This document shows, piece after piece, positions 13,271 to 26,537 of a stretch of 64,000 bases of DNA (the first letter of the stretch is position 1; each line of letters starts with the position of its first letter). Below the pieces are notes generated by a model. That model was not told the DNA's origin. It saw nothing but the letters and a program-made list of their open reading frames with translations, and made no database searches. The DNA lies in assembly GCF_004010195.1 (NCBI RefSeq), contig NC_057719.1, positions 54,904,973 to 54,968,972 of the forward strand. The letters are read 5' to 3'. This DNA comes from Chiloscyllium plagiosum (lineage: Eukaryota). The position numbers and the translations under genes were made by a program.

Positions 13271-14795
13271 TAACCCTACTGCATATACAATCTTTTAATT
13301 GCAAAAATAGTAAGCAACACCTTGCTCTGGACAGTTATATCTGATTAGAAGTATATACTTTGCAGATTTATCTTACTCTACACCTTCCCTTTGAAGGAGA
13401 CAAATTTTAACTGATAGTCAGTGTCGAAGTATTTTTCTAATTTAACTTGTTTACTCTTCATAAACTCAAACAGACCTATCTGCCGAATTCTCACAACGGG
13501 TGGGACACATTCACTGCTCTTCACCTTCTTAATTGCCCTAATTCTTTCCAATCAGTCAAACACCAACATTAAGGGCAACATACAAACCAGTTTCACACTG
13601 TCTTCGGATCTTACAATATAATATTTTGAAAGTAATGCCTCATGCCCCTCAGCTGCCTTGAAAGATTTCAGCTATATATTGCCTTGAGCTCTGACACCTA
13701 AAACTGGCATTACGTTTTTGAATATATAAATTAGAAGGCTAACCCCTGCTTTACAGCCTCTCTTCCCAATTGTGCATTCAGTCAGTAAAGCTGCTGCCTA
13801 TATAAGAAGGAGTAACTTTCATAAAGAAGTTTAACGTATAGACAGGTGGTGGAGTGCAATATCACACCCACAGCATCCGGAGCGCCACTGATCTACTCCA
13901 TACACCCTCAACCCCCAGTTTCATTACTGTCTACCTTCTCTTCTCATGCTTGACACAAGGACCTTTCCCAATTAGAAAAATGCTGGAAATTCATTTCTCT
14001 GAAATGGGAGGGATACTTTTGGAGGTATAATAGGTACCACATGCACACTACATCAAGTTCATCCCAAAATCATATTCAGGTTAGTCTCGAGCATGCCCGT
14101 GAGACAATTAATACTAGAATCTGAAAATTAGTCATAATGAATTATTATACAATATCTTTACAGGAACAAGAGGATAGGAAAATGTTGGTGTGCTGATGTC
14201 TGGCTGAAAATAAATCTCATTTAGGGCTGATTTATTATTGGGAACTCGTGTGTGAAATGAAATTGCGTCTTTAAACGTACATCGGTTGATTGCAAATAAC
14301 TTCAAAAAACATTATAAACTAATCAGTTATTGTTATTTATTGGATGGGTAGATGACCTTTAGAAACAAAATGTGCAGTGGTTCCTTAATTGAAATTGGGA
14401 GTTCAGGCATTGGAACCAAGAGGACAGCAGGTTATTATCCACAGAAGAATAAATTCACAACAAGATAAATAACTAAATTATCCTTATTGTTGTATTTCTT
14501 GTATATAATTTTGAATACATTTGTAACTGCCTTCTATTTACAAAGAACAATTCCTTGCAATTGTTTTTTTTCACAAAAAGGAATGGTTTATTGCTATCAT
14601 ATGAACCGAACATTTCAGTTCTGACTTGTGCAAAGTGACTACTTAACCAAAGTTACTCATTGGCTGTGAAACATTTTGGGATACCTGGTGATGTGTCAGA
14701 TGTTAGAACTCTTGCTGATTTTTCAATAGTTTTATTTTACTCATTTATCAATTTTGGTTTGAAACTGAGCTTTGGACTGTGGGCAGTGGCTTGTT

Positions 14796-15116
14796 TTAGA
14801 TTAGATTACTTTAGATTACTTACAGTGTGGAAACAGGCCCTTCGGCCCAACAAGTCCACACCGACCCGCCGAAGCGCAACCCACCCATGCCCCTATATTT
14901 ACCCCTTACCTAACACTACGGGCAATTTAGCATGGCCAATTCACCTGACCTGCACATTTTTGGACTGTGGGAGGAAACCGGAGCACCCGGAGGAAACCCA
15001 CGCAGACACGGGGAGAACGTGCAAACTCCACACAGTCAGTCGCCTGAGGCGGGAATTGAACCTGGGTCTCTGGCGCTGCGAGGCAGCAGTGCTAACCACT
15101 GTGCCACCGTGCCGCC
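14796..15116 (-). mobile_element. HE1-type V-SINE, full length
   Basis: Near-identical to the copies at 4733, 8473 and 33243. Confidence 0.92.
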
Positions 15117-15143
15117 ATGTTGGCACAAGCTGCTTGTGTCAAA

Positions 15144-15245
15144 GCAGGTCAGGCAACATCTGAGGATGCTACCTGACCTGCTGTGCTTTTCCAGCACCAC
15201 ACTCTTGACTCTGATCTCCAGCACCTGCAGTCCTCATGTTCTTCT
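15144..15245 (+). mobile_element. Penelope-like pLTR fold-back fragment
   Basis: agcaggtcaggcaacatc / gatgctacctgacctgct hairpin followed by the pLTR tail. Confidence 0.65.
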
Positions 15246-18200
15246 GGTTGGACCAAAGGTCTGTTTCCATTTGTATGACTCTGATTCTATCAGTCTATGT
15301 TTAAACAGACAGCAGATATTGGACGTTATTGATGTCAGTATATGGGAATTGGTTGCAGTAAGTCTGGGAAAGACTTTATACTCAAGCATATGGCAGGTAA
15401 TTAATGGTGATGGGAACCCCTTGGAGGAGACAATTAGTCTGACAGAGTTTGAACTGGGTGTTGGACTGTGTTTTTGGGGAGAAGGAGTTTGGCTGTGGAT
15501 GCAAGAGCATGAAGATTTGAAAGCTCTGTACCTAACCTCTAGTTATTATCTATTGGAAGTTCAGAGAATAGAAATTGAGTTATAATTGTCACTGACTTCC
15601 TCTGAGTGAGCTGTAAAGGTGAGCTGCATCACCGTCTACAGATAAATCAAGTAAGAAACCATCACCTATGCCTGTGGAACAAGGCGTTGTGTAAATCGCT
15701 TAGGTAATCTGGCCAGTTAAACTATTTTCTTCTATTTATCCATTAACTGTGTTTGTTTGTCTGTCTGTCCTTTGTGTGAATGGGGATAAAAACAAATGCT
15801 TAAACATAGATACCAATCAGATTATTTTATTGTTAAAGTTTGCTCTGCTTATATATGGCTCAGTCTTTTGTTAAAGCTATTAACCCAGGGTCTAGATTTG
15901 ATTCCTGGTGGAGTTTGAAATTGGTTATTCAAAAAGGTTTGGTTAAGAACCTTTGTTGTCAATTTTGAGGGTGTTTGAAGATTTTAACTTTGCTGTATCA
16001 TGAGTAAAGAGCCAGATAAGCTGATTTAATTTGGCTGGCTGTCTCTGTGTTGTAACTCAGGTGCTATATAAGTCCAAGTGTTTTCTTGCTTTTATCATTT
16101 TAGTGTGTGTTTTGTTATGATGACTGACTGGAACCCAAAAATTCTGCAGGCAGTTTTATCTTTTAATTTCAAAACATTTTTTTTAAAGATAGCAGATACA
16201 GCCAAAAATGGCTGCAGAGATAAACTGAATGACTTTCTGGAGAGAGAGAGAGGAACATGGAAAGACACACCTGAAGATGTGAAGGGAACTTCAGATTACA
16301 GTTCTTCAAAGGGAAGAAGTGCAAGTCAAAACAGACTAGAAAGTGATCTCTTGTGACTCTGAGGATAATAAGGTACTAACAGCCATCTGCTCAACATCAA
16401 GCCTTCCCTGCGGATTATGGACAAAACTATCGATTGTACAAAACTTCAGTGTTGCTGAAGAAAGGGACACGTTGTTGAAGCTCTCTTTAAATTATGCACT
16501 CAGATGCAAGAATGCCAAATTTCAAAGGAATTTCTGATAATAGTCACTACGTTCTGAGTTTCACAAGTTAAGTGCAATCAGTATTGTGTGCATCCTGTGA
16601 ACAGCCATAAGGATCCTTATTTGACAAGATCCACCAGTCATTGTAGTATACACTTAAAAACCCATTTAACTCTCAGAAGAAATGATGGCACATAGATGGA
16701 CAATTTTTCACTATTATGATACACTTTCAATTGAAAAATGAATGAATCTGAGCAAATTCTCAAGGCTGTTCTCTGAAAGGATTAATTTATTTTTTAACAA
16801 CAGTCTTGTCTAATCACTGCATTAAAAATACATCACCTAATAATGTAATTTAATTGTGTGAAATACACTTCGGAATGTAGTAGACTCCTCAGCAGGACTT
16901 GCATCTTCTTTATCGAATCTCAAACATACTATATTTTTAATAAAATTTCAAACCTGACATCACCAGATGAAAATAGTGTGAATGAGGATTTTTAACTTCA
17001 GTTGAAATGGGGAATACTACATCAGTGATAATAGTGTGTGTTTTTGCACGCATTCCCAGTGATGAGGGGAATGCTGAGGAAAATCAGATTTCTTTCAAAA
17101 GATTAAATGTAGCTATGAAAATTTGGTTCACAAAGTCAGATTTTATTGAATTTAACCTATTGTATTTCTCACATTCAATCCATTAACATAATATTATTGT
17201 GAAGTAGGAACCACCAAAGATATTTATAAATAAAAGTATCAGGCTATGACACTGTTTTAAGCCCAGCTATAAATCTCTAAATGATTTTTAGGTTTCCTTC
17301 CGTTGGAATCATGATAAAACAACCCTGTGATGATTCATGCAACTATCATTCTTTTTAAACTCACTACAGTATATGGTGCTTGATAAAACAAATGTGACAT
17401 GTAACTAACTGTACTTGTGATATCAGTGAATGTCTTCATTCACAATGGCTTGTTTACCTTTCCCTGTTAATCACTGACACATTTAAACCTCTCATGTATT
17501 AGATGTAACATGTTATAGGTAAAAGGTGATGGGATAATGTAATGGAATTAAGAGACAATTGCTCTTAGTTTATAATACAGAAGAAATAAACTCAAATAAC
17601 CAAGGCCCATATCTTGTTTACACAGGTTGCATTGATTAACTAAACTATTTTCTTACTTTCCTGAATGATAATCTTTCTGTGAGCATTACAGAATGAACAG
17701 GATCACGCAGAAACCACACTTTATGAGATTAAAAATGCTTTATGAATCGACACTCTAAGTTTATTTATCCCAGTAGGAACATTTTACAAGTAAACCCATA
17801 ATAATTAGAAAATTGTTCCTCAAACATGCAGGGCTTCGCAATGGGCATCCTCACAGTTCATCTTGATCTCTCCATTTTTCAACAATAATACTGCAAACCA
17901 ATCAACGTACTGTCCTGTGCCTGTGCCTGAAAAATGTTATCAGTGACGAATAGTTTATATTTGAAGGGACAGGAAGAATTTTGCCTGAGGAGGACAAAAG
18001 GCTCACGGAAGCACACATTTAATAGAAAGTGAAATGCAGTTGATAGTGAAGGAGGTTCTTAAGAAGTATTTGGAGAATTGGAGAGACTCAGAGCATTATT
18101 CACTAATGCCAATAGAAAGGTGTCTGGCCAAGTGAAAAATGAGCAATCCGGTTAATGTGATGTTAAATGCAATGTGCATCAAGAAAGATGTTAAAAAAAG

Positions 18201-18649
18201 ACTTTGCTGGTCTCAAGCAGCTGGGAAAAAAATTGAAATATCCAGTCAGCAGCCTGCAATCAACCAACAGTGAGGTTCATTAAAATTCAGGTACATTTAT
18301 TTTCTGAAAGATATTCACTTGTTTGAATACAAAAGCAGCAGGGCTTGCAGCCTCTGAACAGTGGTATTAAGAAAAAGGTATGGCCTACAAAATTGGAACG
18401 ATACCTTTCTATATGGTTTTCTGAAATTGTATTTGTGTGCCTAAATATTACTACTGTGACAATTAAGAACCCAGGGAAAGGGCATTTTCTTGCTAAATTG
18501 TCTGATATTGGGAACCATGTACTGTTCTGCTCTGTGACTAGAACATCACTGAATATGCAAAGAGAAACCTGTTCACTTTTGAAAACATTGTAACAATAGA
18601 ATGGAACCTCTCTGAAAAAAAACTCATGGTCAAACTTGAGCACAGTAAA

Positions 18650-18756
18650 TCCAGAAACCGAAACAGAAATTGCTGGAAAGTCTCAGCAGGCCTGGCAGCA
18701 TCTGTGGAGCGAAATCAAAGTTAACGTTTCGGGTCAAGTGACCCTTCTCCAGAACA
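18650..18756 (-). mobile_element. Penelope-like solo pLTR with near-canonical hammerhead motif
   Basis: Minus strand reads gtt-ctggaga-a-gggtca-ct-tgaccc-gaaa-cgtt-aac. Confidence 0.7.
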
Positions 18757-21012
18757 GTAAATCCACTATTTACAAAAATCACAACATCCTTGACATCCAG
18801 ATCATTTCAAGTTGGCAGTATTATGCACTGCAGGTGTTTAGACACGAAACACGTGTCGTTGCTGTCCCTTCTCTGACCATGTAATTAGAACTGTTCCACC
18901 TCACAGCCAGCAGTTGAGTTGCCCCTTAGTCTTACCTAGGAGTCTGAAATCAGCAAGTAGTTATAGAATATACATGTGTTCTTAAATACTCCAACTCAAA
19001 ACATGAATTGGAAGGCATACTATTTTCTCAGTTCAGGATTATAAAAGCTGTTAAATTCCATGTTCTGTGTTGAGATCAGTGTTTTACCCAAAACATAAAA
19101 ATTTCCAGATGCAAATCATTGGCTCAGTATTATAATTTTTTATCACTAGGAAAGTGCATTTGGGTTAAAGTTCTCCATTAGCAACCAGAAATCAATTGCA
19201 CCCAGGTTCATTAAAATTCAGGTGTGTTTATTTTCTGAAAAATATTCAGTTGTATGAATACAAAGGCAGCAGGGCTTGCAACCTCTGAACAGCTATGTTA
19301 TGAAAAAGGTATGGCCTACAAACTTGGTCTCTCCATTTCAATAATATAATGCAAACCAGGCAACATGCTGCATTTAGAGCATCAAGCAATGAGTAAAATC
19401 AATGGAGCCAATTAAGAAGATATCAAGACACAAGGCTGGATTTTATAGCCACAAAAATGTCACATAGCTCCCAGGGGAGCACCCGCCCTTCACCTCACCA
19501 TCAAATCCCATTCTCCCATTATACCATGTTAATACAGAAAATGCAATGTGATAAAGTCAAGTTAGTCATCACACCAGTTTTCAGTTACAGTAGGTAAATG
19601 AGTTCCAAAAGCACAAGTCCTGGTCATTTAAAAAAAATATCATGTTAAAGACCCAGTTGACATATGCTTTGCATTCACCACTCTATTTCTTGTTAGTGCC
19701 ATGAAAATACCTTTAGGAGTGGGTTTTGCCAGTATTGAGGAAGCAACTCTCCTGAAGCTTGAGTAAAAATGACTGGAAACAGGAGTATGGTCACATGTAG
19801 CAGCCATCTCTATTGCACTTGGCAGCATTTGAATGTTATTAAACTTTATTTTAGTTGATTTTGCAAACAAGAAGACAATGAGAGGGATTGCAGCCTTTAA
19901 ATAGGTGGTTGTGTGATTAATTGCTGGTTCGCAGCTTAATCCATCTCCCACCAGACATTTTCCCTGGATGCCTGATTCAACAGAGAGGCACTCTTCCCAA
20001 TATCAGTTTTCCACCTTCTCACTGGGTGGCTGTTGTTGCATTATTGCGCAAATTTCAGAAAGAACTATAATTTTAAGACAATTAGATACACCACAACAGG
20101 TGAGGCTGCAGTGTAAAACTATAATACATCATCTTTTTCATGAACCATCTTGCCTTATTAATATTAAATTTCTGTCATATCAAAAGGTCTGTACAAACTA
20201 GATGCCGAGAAATCTCGACATGGAAGTCAGAGCGGGTCCCTGATAACTTCAGTTCACCACCTGCTCTAAAGGACCTTGATGTTTGACATCAGGCACACTC
20301 CATGGGTACTAGCTAATACAGCCCATGTCCACAGATATTGACATCTGTTATGTGTCAGCCTTTAGGAAGCCTCCTGGCACATCTGTGATCCACTTACATG
20401 ATGCTTCTGGACTAGTGTGCATCACTTCCATCAACCATCATTGTTCTGTTGCTACAAGCATACTGGGCACCTGGGAGAAGCACACAGCTCAAGGATTGAA
20501 CCAGGCTGCATCTTTGGACTTTTCCTTTACATCAATGCATTCACTCACTCTGAACCTACCTAGATGCTCACAGCTTCCCTTCTTGCATTGTCTTGTCTTA
20601 CTATTATGTGCTTAGCCAAGCTCACAGGACTCCTGTCTTGCTTTGCCTTTTAGCACAGACAAAAAGGCAGAAAGCTTCTCATAGTTATAGGAAAGCTTCA
20701 GTCAATTCAAGGGAGATAGCTTTTGTTCAGAGTGTCCTGGGACAGTAAGATAAGGGCATCCTCCAATAGCAGTCCAAGGGTTTGGTTGTAGTTAGTCAGC
20801 CAGCCATGTGTGGTAGTCAGGATTCTCTCCACACAAGAGGTTAAGGAGCTGAATATCCCACTTGTCTAGATACTTTCTGCCCTATTGCTGTTTTCCCTCT
20901 GGAATGAGAAGGAGGCAGATAGTAGAGATATGGAAATGGGTGGCACTGTTGTTACTTTGGATGCTGGTGAGGAGGAGTCCCAAACGTGATTGAGTAGGCT
21001 GTGCAGAGGATA

Positions 21013-21112
21013 GTTAAAATCACACAATAGCAGGTTATAGTTGAACTATAACCTAGTGTTGTGTGATTTTTAACTTTGTACACTCCAGTCCAACACCGGC
21101 ATCTCCAAATCA
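21013..21112 (+). mobile_element. Penelope-like pLTR fold-back mini-insertion, putative third family
   Basis: Inverted arms gttaaaatcacac..ggttatagt / actataacc..gtgtgatttttaac; 11-bp TSD tgcagaggata at 21002-21012 and 21113-21123. Confidence 0.65.
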
Positions 21113-21554
21113 TGCAGAGGATATGCAGGATTAATGCCACCAGGAGATTGGATGGTGAGAACGATTGAGGGAAGATGTTGCAGGCAATTGTGAGAGTGGT
21201 ACAGCATAAGCCTTGGTGGGAGATGAGTACAGTAGCAGAGATAGGATGAGTGTGAGGTGAAGAATGTGGAGAAAGTCATTGGTCTTCTTGATACGTCACT
21301 GGGAATCCCTCCAGATGAGTGACCTGGTTGGGGAAGCTCAGACTAGGTTGACATAGTCTAATGTTTTAGTATCCTCTGCTGACTGTGGGGAGAGTGGACT
21401 TCCTACCTGTGGACCACCCATCCAACAAGACCTCCAGGTCTCAGTTCACAAAGTGGTGCAAGAAATTTCTCTTGTCTGCCACATCTGAGACAACTATCAG
21501 GGACTGCACAGAGCCTAGTCCATTCTACAACCACCAACACCACCATCCCCTCTC

Positions 21555-22170
21555 ACGGCACCTTCTCATGTAACCGCAGAAGGTGCAACACCTGCCCACT
21601 TACCTCCTCCCTGCTCACTATCCAAGGGCTGTAACAGTCTTTCCATGTGAAGCAGCATTTCACCTGTACCTTCCCCAATCTTGTGTATTGTATTCACTAC
21701 ATCCAACATGGCCTACTCTACATTGGAGAAACCAAACGCAGACTGGATGACCACTTGGTGGAACACCTTCATCTGTGCTCAAGCTAGTCATTTTAATACA
21801 GCATCCTGCTTGCATGCCCACATTGCCTGTCTTTGGCACACTACAGTGTTCCAGTGAAACACAGCACAAACTGGAGGAACAACATCTCATCTTCAGACCA
21901 GGCACTTTACAGCCTTCTGGACTTAATATTGAGTTCAACACCTTTAAATCATGAACCATTTCTTCCTCTTGTTTTCACTTGTTTTCATGTTCTTCCCTCT
22001 CCCTATCCCAGTTACTGTCCTTTCAAGGCTGGCAAGAGAAGTTGAGATGAAGAGTCATCTAGACTCAAAACATTAGCTTGCTCTTTCTCCATGGATGCAG
22101 TCTGATCCACTATGATTGCCAGCTTTAGTTGTTTTCAGTAAAGATTCCAGCATCTACAGCAATTTGTTCC
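21555..22170 (+). mobile_element. Penelope-like element 3' part (GIY-YIG endonuclease remnant plus pLTR)
   Basis: Translates to CNRRRCNTC...FTCTFPNLVYCIHYIQHGLLYIGETKRRL and RKLEEQHLIF, typical of the PLE GIY-YIG domain. Confidence 0.8.
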
Positions 22171-23864
22171 TCCAGACTGACAATGCTTGTGTGTGTGCAC
22201 AATTCACTTTTAAAGATGGCACAGTGACAAGGACACCAGTTGTTTCCGGGATATCTGACAGTGGTGAGGTGTTTCTGGCATGGTACTTGATAAGGTGTGG
22301 ATAGAATTAGAGATAAGAGATTCCAAAGGCCAGGATCAATGAGATGATTTTCGTAAGGGACAGTGAGAAATCTTGCTCATCCTCACAGCAAAACACCATT
22401 AAAGAACACAACGCAACTGGCACTTAGCCAAAAAATGTATGATTCAGCCCTGAGCGATTTGTTCAGGTTGAACTTCACTTCCAGGTTTGCAATGCACAGT
22501 TGCAAAACATGTCCAGAACAGATTATTTTTAGTCCTGTTCCTAACATGCTTGCTTGCACTGACGTTTTATTGACTTCCTTAGGTAATTGTCCTTCCTCTT
22601 AGAATACAAGAAGAAATAAATTATGTGATACATTGTTGTCAAGCAACAAAACAGTGATGAACATCTGTAGCTGTTACCTGGATATTTGTACCTCATCATA
22701 TCTGCTGTATATAGAATTGGAACTGGAACAGTATGAATTGCACAGCATGTGGAGAGTGTATGGCAGTTCTTCAAATGAGCACAACTAGCACACCAACCAA
22801 GAATTTCATCATCTACAGTGGATTTTGATCAACCAAAAAGCTTATCCATTAATCACCATAGTAGCTCACATACCCATCATCACTGCTGTTCTCTCCAGGA
22901 ATGGTATATTCAATATTTTGGGCTCAGAGGAGTTAAAATGAAAAAAATCAACAGAATGAATTATAATGTCCTGGTGCTAAAAATGAGTGAAAACACTCTT
23001 AGCTGGTAGCAAAACTATTTCAAGTTGCAGGTCATTTGAATATAGCCACATGAAATCGTCTGTACCTTTGGAATGGAACATGTTGAAATTTGTTACAGAC
23101 TCCATCTGATAGTTGACAGGAGAACATTCTGATTCTCCTGAACATATCAAAAAAGGTAAAACATTTTGACAGCCATTTTATGAGTGACCTCCAGTGTCCT
23201 TTAAGGAAACTGTTTGCACTTTAAACAATGAAACATTGTGGAATGTACACACCAGTCCACTCATATTTCTCTTAAAAATCCATTTCGAGTCCTACAATTA
23301 GCAGATTTAACCAACTCTCTATTTGATTCAGGCACTGTGTACACCAGGTACGAGCAATGGGGAAAATGCAGCTGACTGAACTTGAAACTATGCTCCAGAT
23401 ATTCAGATTTTTGTTTTATTGTATCACAGACATTAGTGGGGTTCCTTCGTTATCATACATGAAATGATGAGGGCTGTTCAGGGCAAAAAGTTGCAACGCA
23501 TACAGTATGTTCAGTGTGCCTCGATACATGTGACAATAAATTCAATTCAATTCAATTGATGCCTAAGATTTTCACAGAATGCAGTGCTCACAGATGTGTC
23601 TGACTTTCAGTGTCTGGATGTGTGTCTTATGATATTGACCTCTGAAAGGCTTCAGAACGCATGGACTTGGAGCAGCAATCCTCTCTCTCCTTGCACCACA
23701 TCAAAGTACTTCACTCAATCAAGATGTGGCCTCAGCCATCTTCATTGTCGCTATGTACTTCTGAAATACACCATGTGCAAAACAACAACAGATGATCTTC
23801 AGATAGTGAGTTCCAGGCCAGTTTCTTTGCACAAGTGAACACCAACATCCTCTTTCTGGAGACC

Positions 23865-24189
23865 CACCCACCAGTATTCTCAAAGATCCATCCCGCCCTG
23901 GTAGTGTTTTTCTACAATCTCTCCCCACAGGGAGACGGTATAAAAGCCTGCACACACATACCAAGCGGTTTCGTAACAGTTTCTACCCTACTGTTGTTAG
24001 AATTCTGAATGGACTCACAAACTCTTAACATTTGCCTGTACCCGTGTTTTTGTTTTTGCTGCTGTTTACCTATTATATACTTATCCATGCTACTTAACAA
24101 TGTGATCTGTCTGTATTGCTCACAAGACAAAGCTTTTCACTGTACGTCAGTACACGGGACGATAAATTCAATTCAATTCAATTCAATTC
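23865..24189 (+). mobile_element. Rex1/Babar LINE 3' end (a shorter tail copy lies at ~23510-23557)
   Basis: Homologous to 37855-38157; ends aataaa(ttcaa)n. Confidence 0.8.
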
Positions 24190-24269
24190 CCTGCCAACAC
24201 TGGAGGCTTTACAATTCCACATGTTTATGTAAGTCTGTATCTGACCACCTTGCCCCAAACCTGACCAGA

Positions 24270-25212
24270 TGGTATGACACAGAGACGGACAGTGAATCAA
24301 ACCAACCCTCCGACCCCTGAATTCATAATATGGTTAAATTTAAGATCTTCAAAGATCCTCAAAATTAATCCTAATGGTTCCTTGCCGGACTTTTTTGAAT
24401 AACCAATCCCAGATTCTGGGAATTCTAGCCATCAAGTTTGTAGCTTAAATAAAAGACAGGTATTTATTAATAATGCAATAACTTTAGCAGAACAAAACTG
24501 AACAAAGTAATTTGACTGGTTTAAATCTATGATTTAAACACTATTACATTTGTTTTTGGCCTCATTCACATGAAAGACAGACAAACAAACAGATATGGTT
24601 AAAGGATAAATAAAAGAAAATACTTAAGCAGTTTTCACAAAGCATGTTCTAAAGGCATAGTGGATGGTTTATTTGATTTTTGGAAGACATCAATCAGTGT
24701 CACCTTTTCAGTCAATTCTGAGTAAGTCAGTGATACTTTTAACTTAGTTTCTATTCTCTGAATTTCCAACCGCTGATGATGGGAGTTTAGGCAAAAAGGT
24801 TTCAAATCTTTGTGGTGCAGCATCAACATTCCTCTTACAGAAACATTGTCTACAACCTGGTTTAAACTCTGGAACGTCCCTCTGTTTAATTATCAGGCTT
24901 TTCTCTCTAAGCTACTTGCACTAATTCCTGCATACTGACGTTGTCAATGGTCAAACATCTGCTGTCTGGTTAAAGGTACTGCTTCCCCTTATGTGGAAGA
25001 GTCTATGGAATCTGTTTGATCAAGAACCAACCTGCAATTAATGTCTTGGCCTTGCCTCAAAAGCAAATCATTTACTTGTCCTTTTCTTTTGTTTTCAACA
25101 CAAGCTGCTCCTTGCAGTCCAAATATCACCTTCAGATCCCAGTTCTCAGCTCCAAACCAAAACTGATGGAAGAATAAATTAAAATAATGACATATCAGTA
25201 AGAGTTCTAACA
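24270..25212 (-). mobile_element. Solo LTR, same family as 14701-16057
   Basis: Reverse complement begins tgttagaactcttactg and ends gtctctgtgtcatacca; internal blocks align with the first copy. Confidence 0.65.
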
Positions 25213-25284
25213 TATATTTAGTCAATGTGCCATATCTGGTGGTGCATTGATTCTCCCTCTGACCCCCCTCCCCACTCCACCCCA

Positions 25285-25700
25285 CATCCCTTGAAACCAG
25301 TGTGCTGAAGAACATCAATGACACCCCACGCCTATACGAAGCCTTTCCTTCCTATGCTATACTGTATCCTAACAATGTCTGTAGTTTTCTTTATGGCTGT
25401 GCAGGTCTCTGAGGCCCATGTGCAGTGGCAGCTTCTGGAACCAGAAGCCATTGCTGCAGTTGTCATACCATTGTTGATCACAGTATGTGGAACATTGGAG
25501 TGATGTCTGTACATAGCTTAGAGGGGATGTTTCCATTCTCCCTGTTAGATATTGAGTTGTCTCCCATCAGTATCATCATTCCCCACCACATCCCAGAATG
25601 CCCTTTCCAGCCCTCCCTATATATGTTCTACAGCATCTCACCCCTAGTGTTGGTCACTGCTAAAATCTTTGCAATATTTAATGGACAGAGGCCCTGAACA
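25285..25700 (-). mobile_element. Decayed RTE-clade LINE fragment
   Basis: Weak RTE ORF C-terminal-like translation on the minus strand. Confidence 0.4.
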
Positions 25701-25974
25701 GACTGTATCTGACTCAACTGAGAGACTGGTTAAAGGTACTGCTTCCCCTTATGTGGAAGAGTCTATGGAATCTGTTTGATCAAGAACCAACCTGCAATTA
25801 ATGTCTTGGCCTTGCCTCAAAAGCAAATCATTTACTTGTCCTTTTCTTTTGTTTTCAATCTAGTGAATGTAGAATAGGAACTGGTATATTAATGAGACAA
25901 GGTTTGATATTAATGAGGCTGACAGTGAAAAATAATCCTTATCTTAGCACTCCCTACTGAGAATCCAATGTCAA

Positions 25975-26537
25975 CACCTGGAAAGATATTGGTGAGGCCT
26001 CTCCTGGAGTACTGTGTCTAGTTCTGGCCATCCTGTTATAGGAAGGATATTATTAAGTTGGAGAAGGTTGAGATGAGGTTGACCAGAATGTTGCCAGGCA
26101 TGAAAAGTTTGAATTATAAAGAAAGGCTAGATAGGTTGAGACTTTTTTCACTGGAGCATTGGAGGTTGAGAGGTGACCTTATAGAGGTTTCTAAAATCAT
26201 GAAGAGGAGAGACAGGGTTCATGGTGGATGGCTTTTCCCTAGGATAGGGGATTTCAAGATGAGGAGTCATATTTTTAAGGTGAGAGGAGAGAGCTTTAAA
26301 AAAGACATGAGGGGCATTTTTTTTAATCAGAAGGTGGTTTGCATGTAGAATAAACTTCCTGAAGAAGTGACGGATGTAGGTATAGTTACAATGTTTAAAA
26401 GACACTTCAATAAATACATGAATAGGAAAGATTTGGAGGGATATGGGCCAGGAGAAGGCAGGTGGGACGAGATTAGTGTTCGGCATGGACTGGTTGGACC
26501 GAAGGGCCTGTTTCCGTGCTCTATGCCACTATGACTC
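25975..26537 (+). mobile_element. CR1 LINE 3' end
   Basis: ORF 26058..26348 (RLTRMLPGMKSLNYKERLDRLRLFSLE..RLRGDLIEV); ctatgccactatgactct tail. Confidence 0.9.

Larger units (their letters stand above)
14701..16057 (+). mobile_element. Solo LTR (Gypsy-type), carrying nested SINE, CR1-tail and Penelope pieces
   Basis: Starts tgttagaactctt and ends gtctctgtgttgtaac; homologous end-to-end to 24270-25212 (reverse); splits a Deu/L2-type SINE tail, with tcag on both sides. Confidence 0.65.

Noticed and set aside
16189..16372. Exon-like segment (tttaaag acceptor, aag/gtac donor) overlapping ORF 16078..16356
   Set aside because: Stops occur in all three frames before the donor and there is no recognisable protein; at most a non-coding exon
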